Assembly: GCA_041559215.1 (NCBI GenBank)
Contig: JBFFDV010000001.1
Span: 1 to 33,014 of the forward strand
DNA from: Anaerolineae bacterium
Lineage (GTDB): Bacteria > Chloroflexota > Anaerolineae > UBA7937 > B3-Chlor
Direction: 5' to 3'
Length of the DNA: 33,014 bases
In this document: piece by piece, positions 7,116 to 16,828 of the stretch
Layout of the letters: every line of letters starts with the position of its first letter
How positions within the stretch are numbered: the stretch's first letter is position 1
The notes under the pieces: generated by a model
What the model saw: only the letters and a program-made list of their open reading frames with translations
Database searches by the model: none
What the model was told of the DNA's origin: nothing
Position numbers and translations under genes: made by a program

Positions 7116-9377
7116 TCACGGGCGCCACCGAAGGTAGCTGCGTACCAATCCTGGCACCCGGCGCAGAAACTCCCGCCTCACGAGGGGCCGTAACTCCCGC
7201 CAGGCTTCCTCTGCCGCCTCCTCCTCTGGGACACCGGGGACATGAGGAGCGAAGCGCTCTCGCACGTACAGCCCGGTTATGCGTTCAACTTGGGGAGCTC
7301 CTGAAGGAACACGGCTCGCCAGCACCGCAGCATACTCGTAAGGCGTCTGGTAGAATTCGCCTCTCACTCCCAGGACTCGGGCATAACTACACATCAACTG
7401 GTAGACTCTATGCACCTTGGAGAGCCCTTCCAGCCTCCTCGATCTGACGATCCAGAAAGCGAGGGCAAGCGCCGCTAGCGCTACTCCCACACCTGTGAGG
7501 AACAAAAGGCCAAGGGAAGGCCTCCTCGAAGACGAAGGAGGTATTATTACCTCTTCTATGTCTTCCAGCTCTTCCAGGTCGGCCAAATCACGCTCCAACT
7601 GCGAGTCTCCAGGAGAACCTTCCCTCCCCGGCCCTGTGTCGTCACGGCGCACGGGCCGAAGGATCGGTTCCTCGCTCGCCGTAGGCTCGAACTCCACCCA
7701 ACCGTAACGGGGGAAATAAACCTCCACCCAGGCGTGAGTATTGCGTTCCTGTACCGCATAGCGGCCCAGCTCATCATCGAAGTCGCCGCCCACATATCCC
7801 ACAGCGAGCCGTGATGGAATACCCACGGCCCGAGCCATGACCACCATCGCCGAGGCATAGTAGTTACAGTACCCCTCCCGGCTATCAAACAGGAGATAGT
7901 CTATCCGGTCTCGATCAGCGGGAGGCTCTTCGATGTCCTGATTATATGATATCGTGTGGCGCAGATAGTCCTGTAAAGCGATCGCCTTGTCGTAGGCATT
8001 ATCGTATGGGGCAGCTATTTCCTGGGACAACTCCCTTATGCGCTGGGGAAGGGCAGCCGGAAGTTGTAGATAGCGCCGGGTGACCCAAGTTGGATAATCC
8101 TCTCCCGCTCCCCTGAGGTTATCCACATCGGCCGCAGAGACTGAGGAGATGACGCTGTACGGCCGGTCACGACTAAGCTGCACTCGGCTCTTGATCAGCG
8201 AAACGGCGGCGGGCGCAGAGAAGGGATCTCGTACATCGCCCCCAGTGAATTCAGTAAAACTGTATTGAACTTCAATGGGCAAGTCAACGGCCACCAGCTG
8301 GCCGAGCCCGAATATCTGTCCCACACCCGACCAGTTCGGCACAACAATCTGACGCGTCTCACGACGGAGCTGGTATTCCCCCTCACGAGGCAGATCTGTC
8401 TCGGCAGCTATGATCGCACTCATTTCGTCCGTGTTCCTCCAGCCAGTTCCATCGTATCGATCATATACCGCACCACGCCAGTACCGCCCTTGCTCAGTCC
8501 TGACCCACATCACAACCCTGCTACTCAAGTCAACGGGTCCTCCAAGCGCTAGTTGGTCAGTAAACGGGATGTTCTGATAGTCCTCTCTGTAACCTTGAAG
8601 TCCGGAGAAGATGCGATTCCATTGATCTCCTACGGTACGCCAAGGCCCCTCAACCTGTGACCAGAGGTCAGACAAGAAAGAACTCGACGATACCAGTGGC
8701 AACACCCAAACCGCCAGCAAGACGATGACCACGAGCAGGCCCCCGTCCCGCAGGAAATAGAAGCTGATGTCCCGATCGTACCTAGCCTTGGCTTTCTCCC
8801 AAGACTGTTCCCCTGTATACACATACATACGAATCGCCAACAGCAAGGCGCAGAAGATGTAGAGGAGGAAAAAGGGGAGAGCCTTAGGTGGGCTACCATA
8901 TGCCACCAGCAGCATCGCCGCCCCTGTCAGAGCCAGGGCCTGCCAAACCTTATGAGTGCCAAAGACCAGCCAGGCGGAGGTGTATCCCAACCACCAGCCC
9001 AGGACGGCCATCAACAACACGAACATCGAGGTATCCGTGCTCGTTTGGCCCGCCACCACTATGCGCAGCCAGGCATCAAAGTGGTAGGCCAGTATGCTCA
9101 GGGCATCTCCCCACCCCAGGTGGGGACCAATGGACCTGATCGTCGCCCAGAAGATTAGCGGCACCCCGGTCAGGAGCGCGAGCAGATGCTTTAAGGCTCT
9201 CGGCCAACGGCTCCTGGTCAGCAGAAAGCCAATGATCATCCCCCCCAGAGCGGTCCACTCCACGATATGGAGACCCTCCACCCAGCCAGCCAGTTCCATG
9301 CTCCAGACGATGCTGAGCAGCATCAGCATGAGCAGGACAAACGACAATCTACCTTCCTTGACCTGAAACCTGTTCAT
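7116..9377 (-). CDS. Transglutaminase-like (TgpA-type) multi-pass membrane protein with DUF4129-like C-terminus
   Basis: Core motif REGYCNYYASAMVVMARAVGIPSRLAVGY...HAWVEVYFPRYGWVEFEPT (Cys/His/acidic triad). Six to seven N-terminal TM helices, then a late TM followed by YQTPYEYAAVL...LYVRERFAP. Confidence 0.85.
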   Translation of the reverse strand: MNRFQVKEGRLSFVLLMLMLLSIVWSMELAGWVEGLHIVEWTALGGMIIGFLLTRSRWPRALKHLLALLTGVPLIFWATIRSIGPHLGWGDALSILAYHFDAWLRIVVAGQTSTDTSMFVLLMAVLGWWLGYTSAWLVFGTHKVWQALALTGAAMLLVAYGSPPKALPFFLLYIFCALLLAIRMYVYTGEQSWEKAKARYDRDISFYFLRDGGLLVVIVLLAVWVLPLVSSSSFLSDLWSQVEGPWRTVGDQWNRIFSGLQGYREDYQNIPFTDQLALGGPVDLSSRVVMWVRTEQGRYWRGAVYDRYDGTGWRNTDEMSAIIAAETDLPREGEYQLRRETRQIVVPNWSGVGQIFGLGQLVAVDLPIEVQYSFTEFTGGDVRDPFSAPAAVSLIKSRVQLSRDRPYSVISSVSAADVDNLRGAGEDYPTWVTRRYLQLPAALPQRIRELSQEIAAPYDNAYDKAIALQDYLRHTISYNQDIEEPPADRDRIDYLLFDSREGYCNYYASAMVVMARAVGIPSRLAVGYVGGDFDDELGRYAVQERNTHAWVEVYFPRYGWVEFEPTASEEPILRPVRRDDTGPGREGSPGDSQLERDLADLEELEDIEEVIIPPSSSRRPSLGLLFLTGVGVALAALALAFWIVRSRRLEGLSKVHRVYQLMCSYARVLGVRGEFYQTPYEYAAVLASRVPSGAPQVERITGLYVRERFAPHVPGVPEEEAAEEAWRELRPLVRREFLRRVPGLVRSYLRWRP

Positions 9378-9594
9378 ATGTCCTCTGCTATCCTAGGCCG
9401 TCGAAAACGGCCAAGAGTCTCTCCGATCATTTCCTTGCATCAAGTACTGTCCGAGCAGCTAATCTACCCAAGCGAAGCCCATAGCCCGCAGCAATAACTT
9501 CCCAGTTTCTAGCCTGTACCCCACGCAGATCAGATCGCATCATCACACTCCGCTCACCATCCTGCTCGTGCCACCCACGTCGACATCAGCGCAA

Positions 9595-11025
9595 CTACTG
9601 CATGCGGGGATCTAGAATGTCCCGCAAGCCATCGCCGATGAGATTCCATCCCACTGAGAAAAGCACGATGGCCATGCTGGGCGGGATGTAGGTATACCAG
9701 TACTGGAAGGCGTTGGAAGGGGTCCCCACAATCCAGTTGCGGGAGACGTTCAGCATCACTCCCCAGTCGGCGGTCCCGCGCGCCCCGGACAGACCGAGGA
9801 AAGTGAAAACGGTGGCCAGCACAACCATCGCACCGACGTCCGAGGCGATCAGCACAAACAGACCCTGAGGGATATTGGGCAACACATGTCGGAAAATGAT
9901 CCGCGGACTGCGCGCACCGATGGCTATGGCTGCCTGTACGTACTGCTTTTCTCGCTCAGCCAGCACGTTTCCCCGTACAATCCGGGCATATTGCATCCAG
10001 CCAAAGAGAACCAGCGACACCATGACAACCAACTTTGCCACACCTCCGGCTCCGCTAGCCAAGCGTGCGAAGAAGCCGGGCCCGAAGAACACCAGCATCA
10101 TCATAGTGGCCGGCACAATCGGAACGGCCATAAAGGCGTCCGTCACCCGCATAATCAGTGCATCCAGCATGCGGCCATAGTAGCCAGAGATCAGGCCCAG
10201 GGCAACACCAATCAGCGCCCGGCCTAAGGTGACAAACAGCCCAATCCTCAAAGCCACACGAGTTCCCCATACAAGTCCGTAGAATACATCGTATTGGCCT
10301 TCCAGCGTACCCAATAGGTGATCTCGACTTGGAGGCTGAGGCTCGAATAGGCGGCCGTCCTTGGGCACTGCATATGGGTCATCTCCCTCGGGCGGCGCGA
10401 TCACGGGAGCGGCGATGGCGATAGTGGCGAAGGCCAGAGCAATCAGGATACCGAGCATGAACCCCGGCCTGAGAAATTTCCTTAGCCGCCAGCGCGGGAT
10501 CGGAGGGAAGGAGGGAATGGCCATAGGCTTGACGGTCTCCACCTCGGTCACCGCTGCCTGGCTATACGCCTGGGGTGGTCGGGCGAACTCGGCAGATCTG
10601 CTCTCTCGCATCTCAATCGTCCCCGGCGCGATCTGTTCTGATAGCGTCACATACCCATACTGTTCGGATACGCGGGTCAGGAATTGCTCGGCAGCTTCCA
10701 CCACGCGCCAGGTATTCACTATCCGCAAGGTGTCGGTCTCCGCTTGAGAGGCCTGGCCGATGGCTCGGTCAATCCGACTGAGTGCAGATTGGCAAGCAGC
10801 GAACTCTTCCTCTTCCATGTTATCGCGGAGATCTTGAATGATCTTGAAGCAGCCTTCGCTAAGCCTCAAGGAGCGCTCATAGAGCGTGTCCGAAGAATCT
10901 CTTGGAGGCTTTGTGGCTTTCGAGACCAGCTTCTGGCCCACGTCCTTGAGGGAATGGCAATGCAGATCCAGGTGCGTCAGTGACCGGTGAATCTCCTCGT
11001 ACCTGTTATCTTTCTCCCTCGCCAT
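9595..11025 (-). CDS. ABC transporter permease, OppC-like, with an N-terminal cytoplasmic extension of about 140 aa
   Basis: The C-terminal ~290 aa align with the OppC-like protein at 419-1393 (IAAPVIAPPEGDDPY..., IGARSPRIIFRHVLPN, DILDPRMQ). ATG at 11025 lies 20 nt after the upstream stop, behind GAGAGGAG and GGTGGGGA. Confidence 0.8.
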   Translation of the reverse strand: MAREKDNRYEEIHRSLTHLDLHCHSLKDVGQKLVSKATKPPRDSSDTLYERSLRLSEGCFKIIQDLRDNMEEEEFAACQSALSRIDRAIGQASQAETDTLRIVNTWRVVEAAEQFLTRVSEQYGYVTLSEQIAPGTIEMRESRSAEFARPPQAYSQAAVTEVETVKPMAIPSFPPIPRWRLRKFLRPGFMLGILIALAFATIAIAAPVIAPPEGDDPYAVPKDGRLFEPQPPSRDHLLGTLEGQYDVFYGLVWGTRVALRIGLFVTLGRALIGVALGLISGYYGRMLDALIMRVTDAFMAVPIVPATMMMLVFFGPGFFARLASGAGGVAKLVVMVSLVLFGWMQYARIVRGNVLAEREKQYVQAAIAIGARSPRIIFRHVLPNIPQGLFVLIASDVGAMVVLATVFTFLGLSGARGTADWGVMLNVSRNWIVGTPSNAFQYWYTYIPPSMAIVLFSVGWNLIGDGLRDILDPRMQ

Positions 11026-11045
11026 TCCCCACCAGGCTCCTCTCT

Positions 11046-12092
11046 CTAGTAAAGCCTGACTCGCGGATCAGCAACGGCGTACAGTAGATCAGACACCAGG
11101 CTCGCCACGACGACGACGCTGCAGGTGAAGATGGTGAACCCCAGTGCCACTGGGATGTCCGTCTGCAGCATGGCCTGGGCGGACGCACGCCCGATACCGT
11201 TGATACCGAAGACGCTTTCGATCACGACGATGCCGCTCATAAGCAGAGATGTGGCAACTCCACCAGCTGAGATCACCGGTAGGAGAGCATTGCGTCGGGC
11301 ATGCCGATTGACCACTCTACTCTCGGGCACCCCCTTGCCTCTAGCCGTGGTTATGTAATCCTGCCTCAGCGCTTCCAGCATCGAGGAGCGCATGATCCGC
11401 GTGAGCAGGGCCCACTCTGCGAATGCCAGACAGAAGGCCGGCAACACCAGATGTCGCAGCGCGTCCCAGAATAGCCTCAGGTCGAGGTTCAACAGGGCAT
11501 CCACACTATGCATCCCCGTGTACGCTCGGAACTGGTCAGAATGCACAACAGTGCTTGCCCACATGCTTAGACGCATGGGGGGAAACCAGTCCAACCAGGC
11601 ATAGAAGATGTTCAGCAGTATCAGCCCCAGGATGAAAGAGGGGAAAGCCCAGCCCACGAAGGTGCCTGTACGCACAAAGTGATCGGGAAAGCGATTACCG
11701 TATCGGGAGGCCAGACTCCCAAAAACCACCGCCAAGAAGACACAGGGAGCCATCGCAGTCAGTACCAGTTCAGCGGTGGCTGGAGCGCGCTGGAGCAGAC
11801 CTTCCAGCACAGGTTGCTGCCAGGCAGGAGAATAGCCCCACTCCCCCGTGGCCAACATCCGCAGCCAATTAACGTACTGGACCGGCCATGGCCTGTCTAG
11901 ACCATGTCTCTCGATGGCCCAATCCTCTAGCGCTTGCTCTTCTGACGGCAGCAGGAACTTATTGGTCTTTGGTACATACACGCTGGCGCGCATTTCGAGC
12001 GGAAGCTGCCACATGAGGGAAAAAAGGATGAGGGTAAGCAGGAAGATGATGATCGGCAAGATCATCAACCTGCGGAGAATATACTGTATCAA
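11046..12092 (-). CDS. ABC transporter permease, OppB-like (second copy)
   Basis: 348 aa: MIQYILRRLMILPIIIF..., YITTARGKGV..., ADPRVRLY. TTG start with GAAAGG upstream. Confidence 0.85.
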   Translation of the reverse strand: MIQYILRRLMILPIIIFLLTLILFSLMWQLPLEMRASVYVPKTNKFLLPSEEQALEDWAIERHGLDRPWPVQYVNWLRMLATGEWGYSPAWQQPVLEGLLQRAPATAELVLTAMAPCVFLAVVFGSLASRYGNRFPDHFVRTGTFVGWAFPSFILGLILLNIFYAWLDWFPPMRLSMWASTVVHSDQFRAYTGMHSVDALLNLDLRLFWDALRHLVLPAFCLAFAEWALLTRIMRSSMLEALRQDYITTARGKGVPESRVVNRHARRNALLPVISAGGVATSLLMSGIVVIESVFGINGIGRASAQAMLQTDIPVALGFTIFTCSVVVVASLVSDLLYAVADPRVRLY

Positions 12093-12202
12093 ATCAGCAA
12101 CCTTTCGGTGACGTGTTTACGGAGCAGTGACTTTCCAGCTGTAAGCCCGAACTGGCTCCATCTATTCAAATACGACTTTTCCGCCCCGCGGGTTCATCGA
12201 CC

Positions 12203-13195
12203 CTAACCCGTCACCCGCCAGCAAGCGACCCAATGGTCAGGGGAAGCCTCCAGGAACGCTGGCTCCTGTTCCTCGCAGATGTCCATCTTCACAGGGCAGC
12301 GGGTGACAAAATTGCAGCCGACGGGCGGATTAGCCGGGCTCGGCACATCACCAACAAGGATTATTCTCTTCCTTGTCTCCTCCACCACGGGGTCGGGGAT
12401 GGGAACGGCCGACAACAGGGACTGAGTATAAGGTTGCAGAGGGTTCTTATACAGTTCGTCCCGGTCGGCGATCTCAAAAATCTTGCCCAGATACATCACT
12501 GCTATGCGGTTGCTAATATGTCGTACCACGCTCAAGTCGTGAGCAATAAAGAGGAAAGTCAGACCCAGTTCTGCCTGAAGGTCCTCCAGCATGTTGATGA
12601 TCTGCGCCTGAATGGAAACATCGAGGGCTGAAATGGGCTCATCAGCGACGATGAAGCTGGGATTTAGAGCCAAGGCCCTGGCGACCCCGATCCGCTGTCG
12701 CTGTCCCCCACTGAACTCATGAGGATAACGGTTGACGAAATAGGGGTTCAATCCCACAACTTTCAGCAACTCCTGCACCCGCTCCCTCTTGGTTTTACCC
12801 TTGGCTATGCCGTGCACCTCCAACGGCTCCCCAATAATGCTGCCCACCGTCATACGCGGGTTGAGAGACGCATACGGGTCCTGGAAGATCATTTGCATCT
12901 GGCGCCGCATGCGCCGTAGCTTTTCGCCCTTCGCTCTCGTCAGATCTTCCCCCTCGAATACGACCTCGCCGGCAGTGGGGCGATAGAGTTGCAGTATGCA
13001 TCTTCCCACGGTCGTCTTGCCGCACCCACTCTCACCCACTAGGCCGAAGGTTTCCCCCCGACGGATGAAAAAACTGACATCGTCAACGGCCTTGATGTCG
13101 CCCACGCGCCGCTGAAAGACGCCCCGCTTGATGGGGAAATACATCTTCAGGTTCTTGACTTCGAGCAAGACGTTGTTCCCGGTAGGCATTGTCAT
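12203..13195 (-). CDS. ABC transporter ATP-binding protein, OppF/DppF-like
   Basis: Walker [10 protein letters not shown], signature [15 protein letters not shown], Walker B FIVADEP, and an oligopeptide-type C-terminal domain. Start set to MTMPTGN (ATG at 13193-13195) behind GAAGGAGAGG; it overlaps the upstream stop as TAATG. Confidence 0.9.
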   Translation of the reverse strand: MTMPTGNNVLLEVKNLKMYFPIKRGVFQRRVGDIKAVDDVSFFIRRGETFGLVGESGCGKTTVGRCILQLYRPTAGEVVFEGEDLTRAKGEKLRRMRRQMQMIFQDPYASLNPRMTVGSIIGEPLEVHGIAKGKTKRERVQELLKVVGLNPYFVNRYPHEFSGGQRQRIGVARALALNPSFIVADEPISALDVSIQAQIINMLEDLQAELGLTFLFIAHDLSVVRHISNRIAVMYLGKIFEIADRDELYKNPLQPYTQSLLSAVPIPDPVVEETRKRIILVGDVPSPANPPVGCNFVTRCPVKMDICEEQEPAFLEASPDHWVACWRVTG

Positions 13196-14172
13196 TATTT
13201 CCTCTCCTTCGTAATGTCTACCCAGCACGCCACCTCGTGTCCCGGAGCCACGGTCCTCAATTCAGGGCGTTCAGCACAGCGATCAATGCGGTAGGCGCAA
13301 CGAGGTGCAAAAGGGCAGGCTGTCGCCAGATCAATTAGGTCCGGGGGCAGTCCAAAGATCGGTGTCAGTTTTTCCTTCACCGTCTGGTCCAGTCGAGGCA
13401 CAGACCCTAACAAACCGAGCGTATAGGGATGACGGGGATCACCATACACATCCCTCACACTCGCGGACTCGATAATGAACCCTGCATACATTACGGCCAC
13501 CCTGTCGGCTATGCCAGCCACAATGCCCAAATCGTGAGTGATCCAGATGATGGCCATCCCGATCTCATCCCTCAACTGCTTGACCAGCTCGATGATCTGG
13601 GCCTGAATGGTCACATCCAGGGCGGTGGTGGGCTCATCGGCGACCAGGATCTGGGGGTTGCATGAGAGAGCCATAGCAATCATGGCCCTTTGCCTCATAC
13701 CTCCGCTGAATTGGTGAGGATAATCGTCCAAGCGATCCTCAGCCTGGGGGATCTGCACCAGCTTCAAAAGCTCCGCTGTCCGCTCTCGGGCCTGCCCCTT
13801 ATTCATGCCCAAGTGCAACGTCAACGCCTCGCTGATCTGCTGGTTGATGGTAAGGACAGGATTCAAAGAGGTCATGGGATCCTGGAAGACCATGGCTATT
13901 TTGTTACCCCTGACGCTGCGCATTTCATCGTCGCTAAGCTTCATCAGGTCCCTGCCCTCGAACCACACCTCCCCGGTCTCGATCTTGCCCGGTGGCTGGG
14001 GTATCAGACGCAAGATCGAGAGCACGCTCACGCTCTTGCCGCACCCGCTCTCCCCCACTATGCCCAAAGTCTCTCCCTCGTTCACCTCCCAGGACACTCC
14101 GTTCACAGCTTGCACCACGCCATCATCGGTGTAGAACCGTGTCCTAAGATCACTTACTTCAAGCAGAGCCAC
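13195..14172 (-). CDS. ABC transporter ATP-binding protein, OppD/DppD-like
   Basis: [35 protein letters not shown], and a C-terminal Cys-containing oligo_HPY domain. GTG start behind GGAAGGAGG. Confidence 0.9.
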   Translation of the reverse strand: MALLEVSDLRTRFYTDDGVVQAVNGVSWEVNEGETLGIVGESGCGKSVSVLSILRLIPQPPGKIETGEVWFEGRDLMKLSDDEMRSVRGNKIAMVFQDPMTSLNPVLTINQQISEALTLHLGMNKGQARERTAELLKLVQIPQAEDRLDDYPHQFSGGMRQRAMIAMALSCNPQILVADEPTTALDVTIQAQIIELVKQLRDEIGMAIIWITHDLGIVAGIADRVAVMYAGFIIESASVRDVYGDPRHPYTLGLLGSVPRLDQTVKEKLTPIFGLPPDLIDLATACPFAPRCAYRIDRCAERPELRTVAPGHEVACWVDITKERK

Positions 14173-14328
14173 TTGTTCGCCTCCTTCCAGTCTTCCACGT
14201 CAGAAACCTCGATCGTGATGACAGGCTTCTCTGACAAGTCAACAGAGTCTTGTCAACATGGGCTACTAGATCATCCAACTTCTAAATATAAAGCAATGAA
14301 GCAGATTTGTCAAATTCAAAAGCTGTAG

Positions 14329-14421
14329 GCGCAGCGGTTGGGCACAAGCCCCAAGATACGGGGGTATGAAGGACACGAGGAGACACCCCTCGTGCTCCCC
14401 GGGCTTTTGCTGCGCAACGCC
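14329..14421 (+). repeat. Palindromic repeat family A, copy 1 (short form)
   Basis: GCGCAGC...GCTGCGC outer arms. Hairpins TTGGGC-acaa-GCCCCAA and CACGAGG-agacacc-CCTCGTG. The arms align with copies at 29140-29258 and 32580-32715. Confidence 0.8.
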
Positions 14422-14610
14422 CCGAATGGTGCCCGTTCCTGAGGGCAAATCCGAGTTTTGACCGCCGAATGTGTCGCGATCTAAACCTGATGCTGCACGA
14501 CGGCAGAGACACTAAAAGTATGCCTAGGGGCGCCTTAAGGCCTCTTTACGTCCCCCCGTATCGCTAGACTTTTGGTCCGGCGCTCTCCGCCCTGTATGAG
14601 CGCAAAAGAA

Positions 14611-15648
14611 CTAGGAAGGCCCTCTCCCCCAGGCCGACTCCTCCCTCCGAGCCGCCACAAACGATGCCTGAGCCACATCTATCCAACAAGCCACCATGTG
14701 TCCCTCCCCAACTTTCCGCAGTTCGGGCATCTTCTGTGAACAATGGCTCATGACGTAGACACAACGGGGGTGGAAAGGGCACCCGGAAGGCATCTTGATG
14801 AGATCAGGCGGTACCCCTTCGATGGGCGTCAGGGCTTTCTGCCTACCCACATCCAGTCGTGGGATGGAAGCCAACAGGCCAAGAGTATAGGGATGCTGAG
14901 GATGTCTATATAGATCCCTAACATCGGCTGATTCTACGACATGTCCAGCATACATGACTATGACACGATCAGCCAGTCCAGCGATGATCCCCAGATCGTG
15001 AGTTATCCAGATGATGGCCAAACCGATCTCGCTCTTCAGCCTATTCACTAGCTCTATGATCTGAGCCTGGATGGTCACATCCAAAGCCGTGGTCGGCTCG
15101 TCGGCGATGAGCAGATACGGGTTACACGAAAGGGCCATCGCGATCATAGCCCTTTGCCTCATCCCTCCACTGAAGAGATGGGGATAGTCGTCAATACGTT
15201 CTTCAGCCTCAGGAATACCAACCAGTTGCAGGAGTTCGACAGCCCTGTTCCTGGCCTGCCTGCCATCCATGCCCAGATGTAATTCTAGCGCCTCGGTGAT
15301 CTGCTCCCCTATGGTAAGCACGGGATTGAGGGAGGTCATAGGGTCCTGAAAGACGACTCCTATCTTATTCCCCCTCATCTCACACATCTCCTGAGCCCCC
15401 ACCGATAGCAGGTCACGCCCCTGAAACAATACCTGCCCACTGACTATCTCCCCGGGAGGCTCGGGTATCAAGCGCAGGACGGAGAGAGCGGTCACCGTCT
15501 TGCCGCATCCGCTTTCGCCTACAATGCCTAGGGTCTCTCCTTCATCTACCGTGAAGGAGATCCCATTTACAGCGTGGACCACCCCATCGTCCGTTCGGAA
15601 ATGGGTCTTGAGATCCCTCACTTCCAACAAAGATGCTGTCTGAATCAT
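14611..15648 (-). CDS. ABC transporter ATP-binding protein, OppD-like paralog
   Basis: 345 aa, about 70% identical by eye to the protein at 13195-14172, with the same Walker A, signature and Walker B motifs. Confidence 0.9.
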   Translation of the reverse strand: MIQTASLLEVRDLKTHFRTDDGVVHAVNGISFTVDEGETLGIVGESGCGKTVTALSVLRLIPEPPGEIVSGQVLFQGRDLLSVGAQEMCEMRGNKIGVVFQDPMTSLNPVLTIGEQITEALELHLGMDGRQARNRAVELLQLVGIPEAEERIDDYPHLFSGGMRQRAMIAMALSCNPYLLIADEPTTALDVTIQAQIIELVNRLKSEIGLAIIWITHDLGIIAGLADRVIVMYAGHVVESADVRDLYRHPQHPYTLGLLASIPRLDVGRQKALTPIEGVPPDLIKMPSGCPFHPRCVYVMSHCSQKMPELRKVGEGHMVACWIDVAQASFVAARREESAWGRGPS

Positions 15649-15840
15649 TCCCTCCAGATAATCGCAACACTATGCCCTTCCTGCCTTCAGGAGCGAGTAC
15701 ACACTCCCGGTTGAGCAGAAAGAGAATAAGACGAAGCAACCGTGAACAAGCTAAGCAGAGGGGAACAGATGAGATGAAATAGCGTTCTATAAGTCAGAGG
15801 GTACATTAAGTTCCAGCTTATGCCAACCCCGTACCTAGCA

Positions 15841-16158
15841 TCAATGGTGGATGGAGTAATGCAAGGGGGTAGATGAGTATCCAGCCCAGACTAATCTTTC
15901 AGCCGATCCTGCTTCATGGCTGTATACAGATGGTGTTAGGATAGTGCAGGCCGTAGAGACGACATCGCCACCCCGGGCGATGACCTCTGTGCCCAAATGA
16001 CGTAGATACCAGAGTCTGGGTCGAGTTTGCTGACCTTGCTTTTGCACCCTCAGCCTGATGTTCTTCCAAACTCTATCTGGAGGAGCCTCATCAGAGACAG
16101 AGTCTTTGAGCACTGTCTCAATTAGCATATCCAGTTCGTCTCTTCTGGTCCTATACAT
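15841..16158 (-). CDS. Hypothetical protein; possible anti-sigma factor by position only
   Basis: Starts 26 nt after the ECF sigma stop, behind GGAGATGAG. The N-terminal region (ETVLKD...PPDRVWKNIRLRV) resembles anti-sigma N-termini, but there is no HxxxCxxC zinc motif and no TM helix. Confidence 0.4.
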   Translation of the reverse strand: MYRTRRDELDMLIETVLKDSVSDEAPPDRVWKNIRLRVQKQGQQTRPRLWYLRHLGTEVIARGGDVVSTACTILTPSVYSHEAGSAERLVWAGYSSTPLHYSIHH

Positions 16159-16184
16159 GTCTCATCTCCACTACAACAGATCTA

Positions 16185-16766
16185 TTATGATGAAAGAAGC
16201 TCATAAGCCGCTTCTCTGGATATCCGCGAGTCAGCCATCAATCTATTTCTCAAAGTCTTGCGCGCGGTATGTAACCGAGATTTTACTGTTCCCACCGGAC
16301 AATCCTGAACGTATGCGATTTCGGCCAGGCTGAAGCCCTGAAGATAGAAGAGCACCATCACCGTCCGGTGCGGCATACTGAGAGACCGGAGGGCCTCATA
16401 CACCACTTGTAACAGTTCGTCCCTCTCAAAAGCCCGCTCTGGCGAGTTGCGGGGCGTCGTCAGTAAACTGCCCAGTACATCTTCCAGGGAGATCAAGCGC
16501 AGTCGTCTCTTGGCCGCCCAATTGTAGCTCAAATTGACGATGATACGATGTAGCCAGGGGCGCAGCGACGAGCAACCGTCGACTCCGTCAATATGATCGT
16601 ATGCCCTGAGAAAGCAGTCCTGAAGAATCTCCTCTGCAGCGCACCGGTCGTTGGTGATGGCCAAGGCGGTCCTGTATAGCTGATCCCTGTACTTGTTGTA
16701 CAGGGTCTCAAAAGCATCCAGGTCGCCAGCTCGAATCCTGGACACCAGCTCAGCATCGTCAAGCAT
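16185..16766 (-). CDS. RNA polymerase sigma-70 family, ECF-type sigma factor
   Basis: Region 2 (FETLYNKYRDQLYRTALAITNDRCAAEEILQDCFLRAY, RPWLHRIIVNLSYNW) and region 4 (LFYLQGFSLAEIAYVQDCPVGTVKSRLHTARKTL). Confidence 0.9.
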   Translation of the reverse strand: MLDDAELVSRIRAGDLDAFETLYNKYRDQLYRTALAITNDRCAAEEILQDCFLRAYDHIDGVDGCSSLRPWLHRIIVNLSYNWAAKRRLRLISLEDVLGSLLTTPRNSPERAFERDELLQVVYEALRSLSMPHRTVMVLFYLQGFSLAEIAYVQDCPVGTVKSRLHTARKTLRNRLMADSRISREAAYELLSS

Positions 16767-16828
16767 GAGGGATCCCTTTCTACATATATACCAGAAATCC
16801 GATGAATAGGTTCATCCTTAGTGCCGCA

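Noticed and set aside
8123-8131. Perfect DnaA-box-like TTATCCACA; a replication origin was considered at the strand-orientation switch near 29 kb
   Set aside because: It is a single box inside the transglutaminase-like CDS. There is no box cluster or AT-rich unwinding region in the 28968-29322 divergent region.
13690-14328. 212-aa plus-strand ORF; similar ORFs lie opposite the other ABC genes (e.g. 9875-10227, 12233-12631)
   Set aside because: They are antisense to ATPase and permease genes that carry unambiguous Walker and EAA motifs, and they have no independent signals.
16767-16828. ECF-type autoregulated promoter upstream of the sigma factor gene
   Set aside because: Only a loose TGAAC...GTATAT arrangement is present. 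I could not find a GGAAC-N16-CGT-like pair at convincing spacing.
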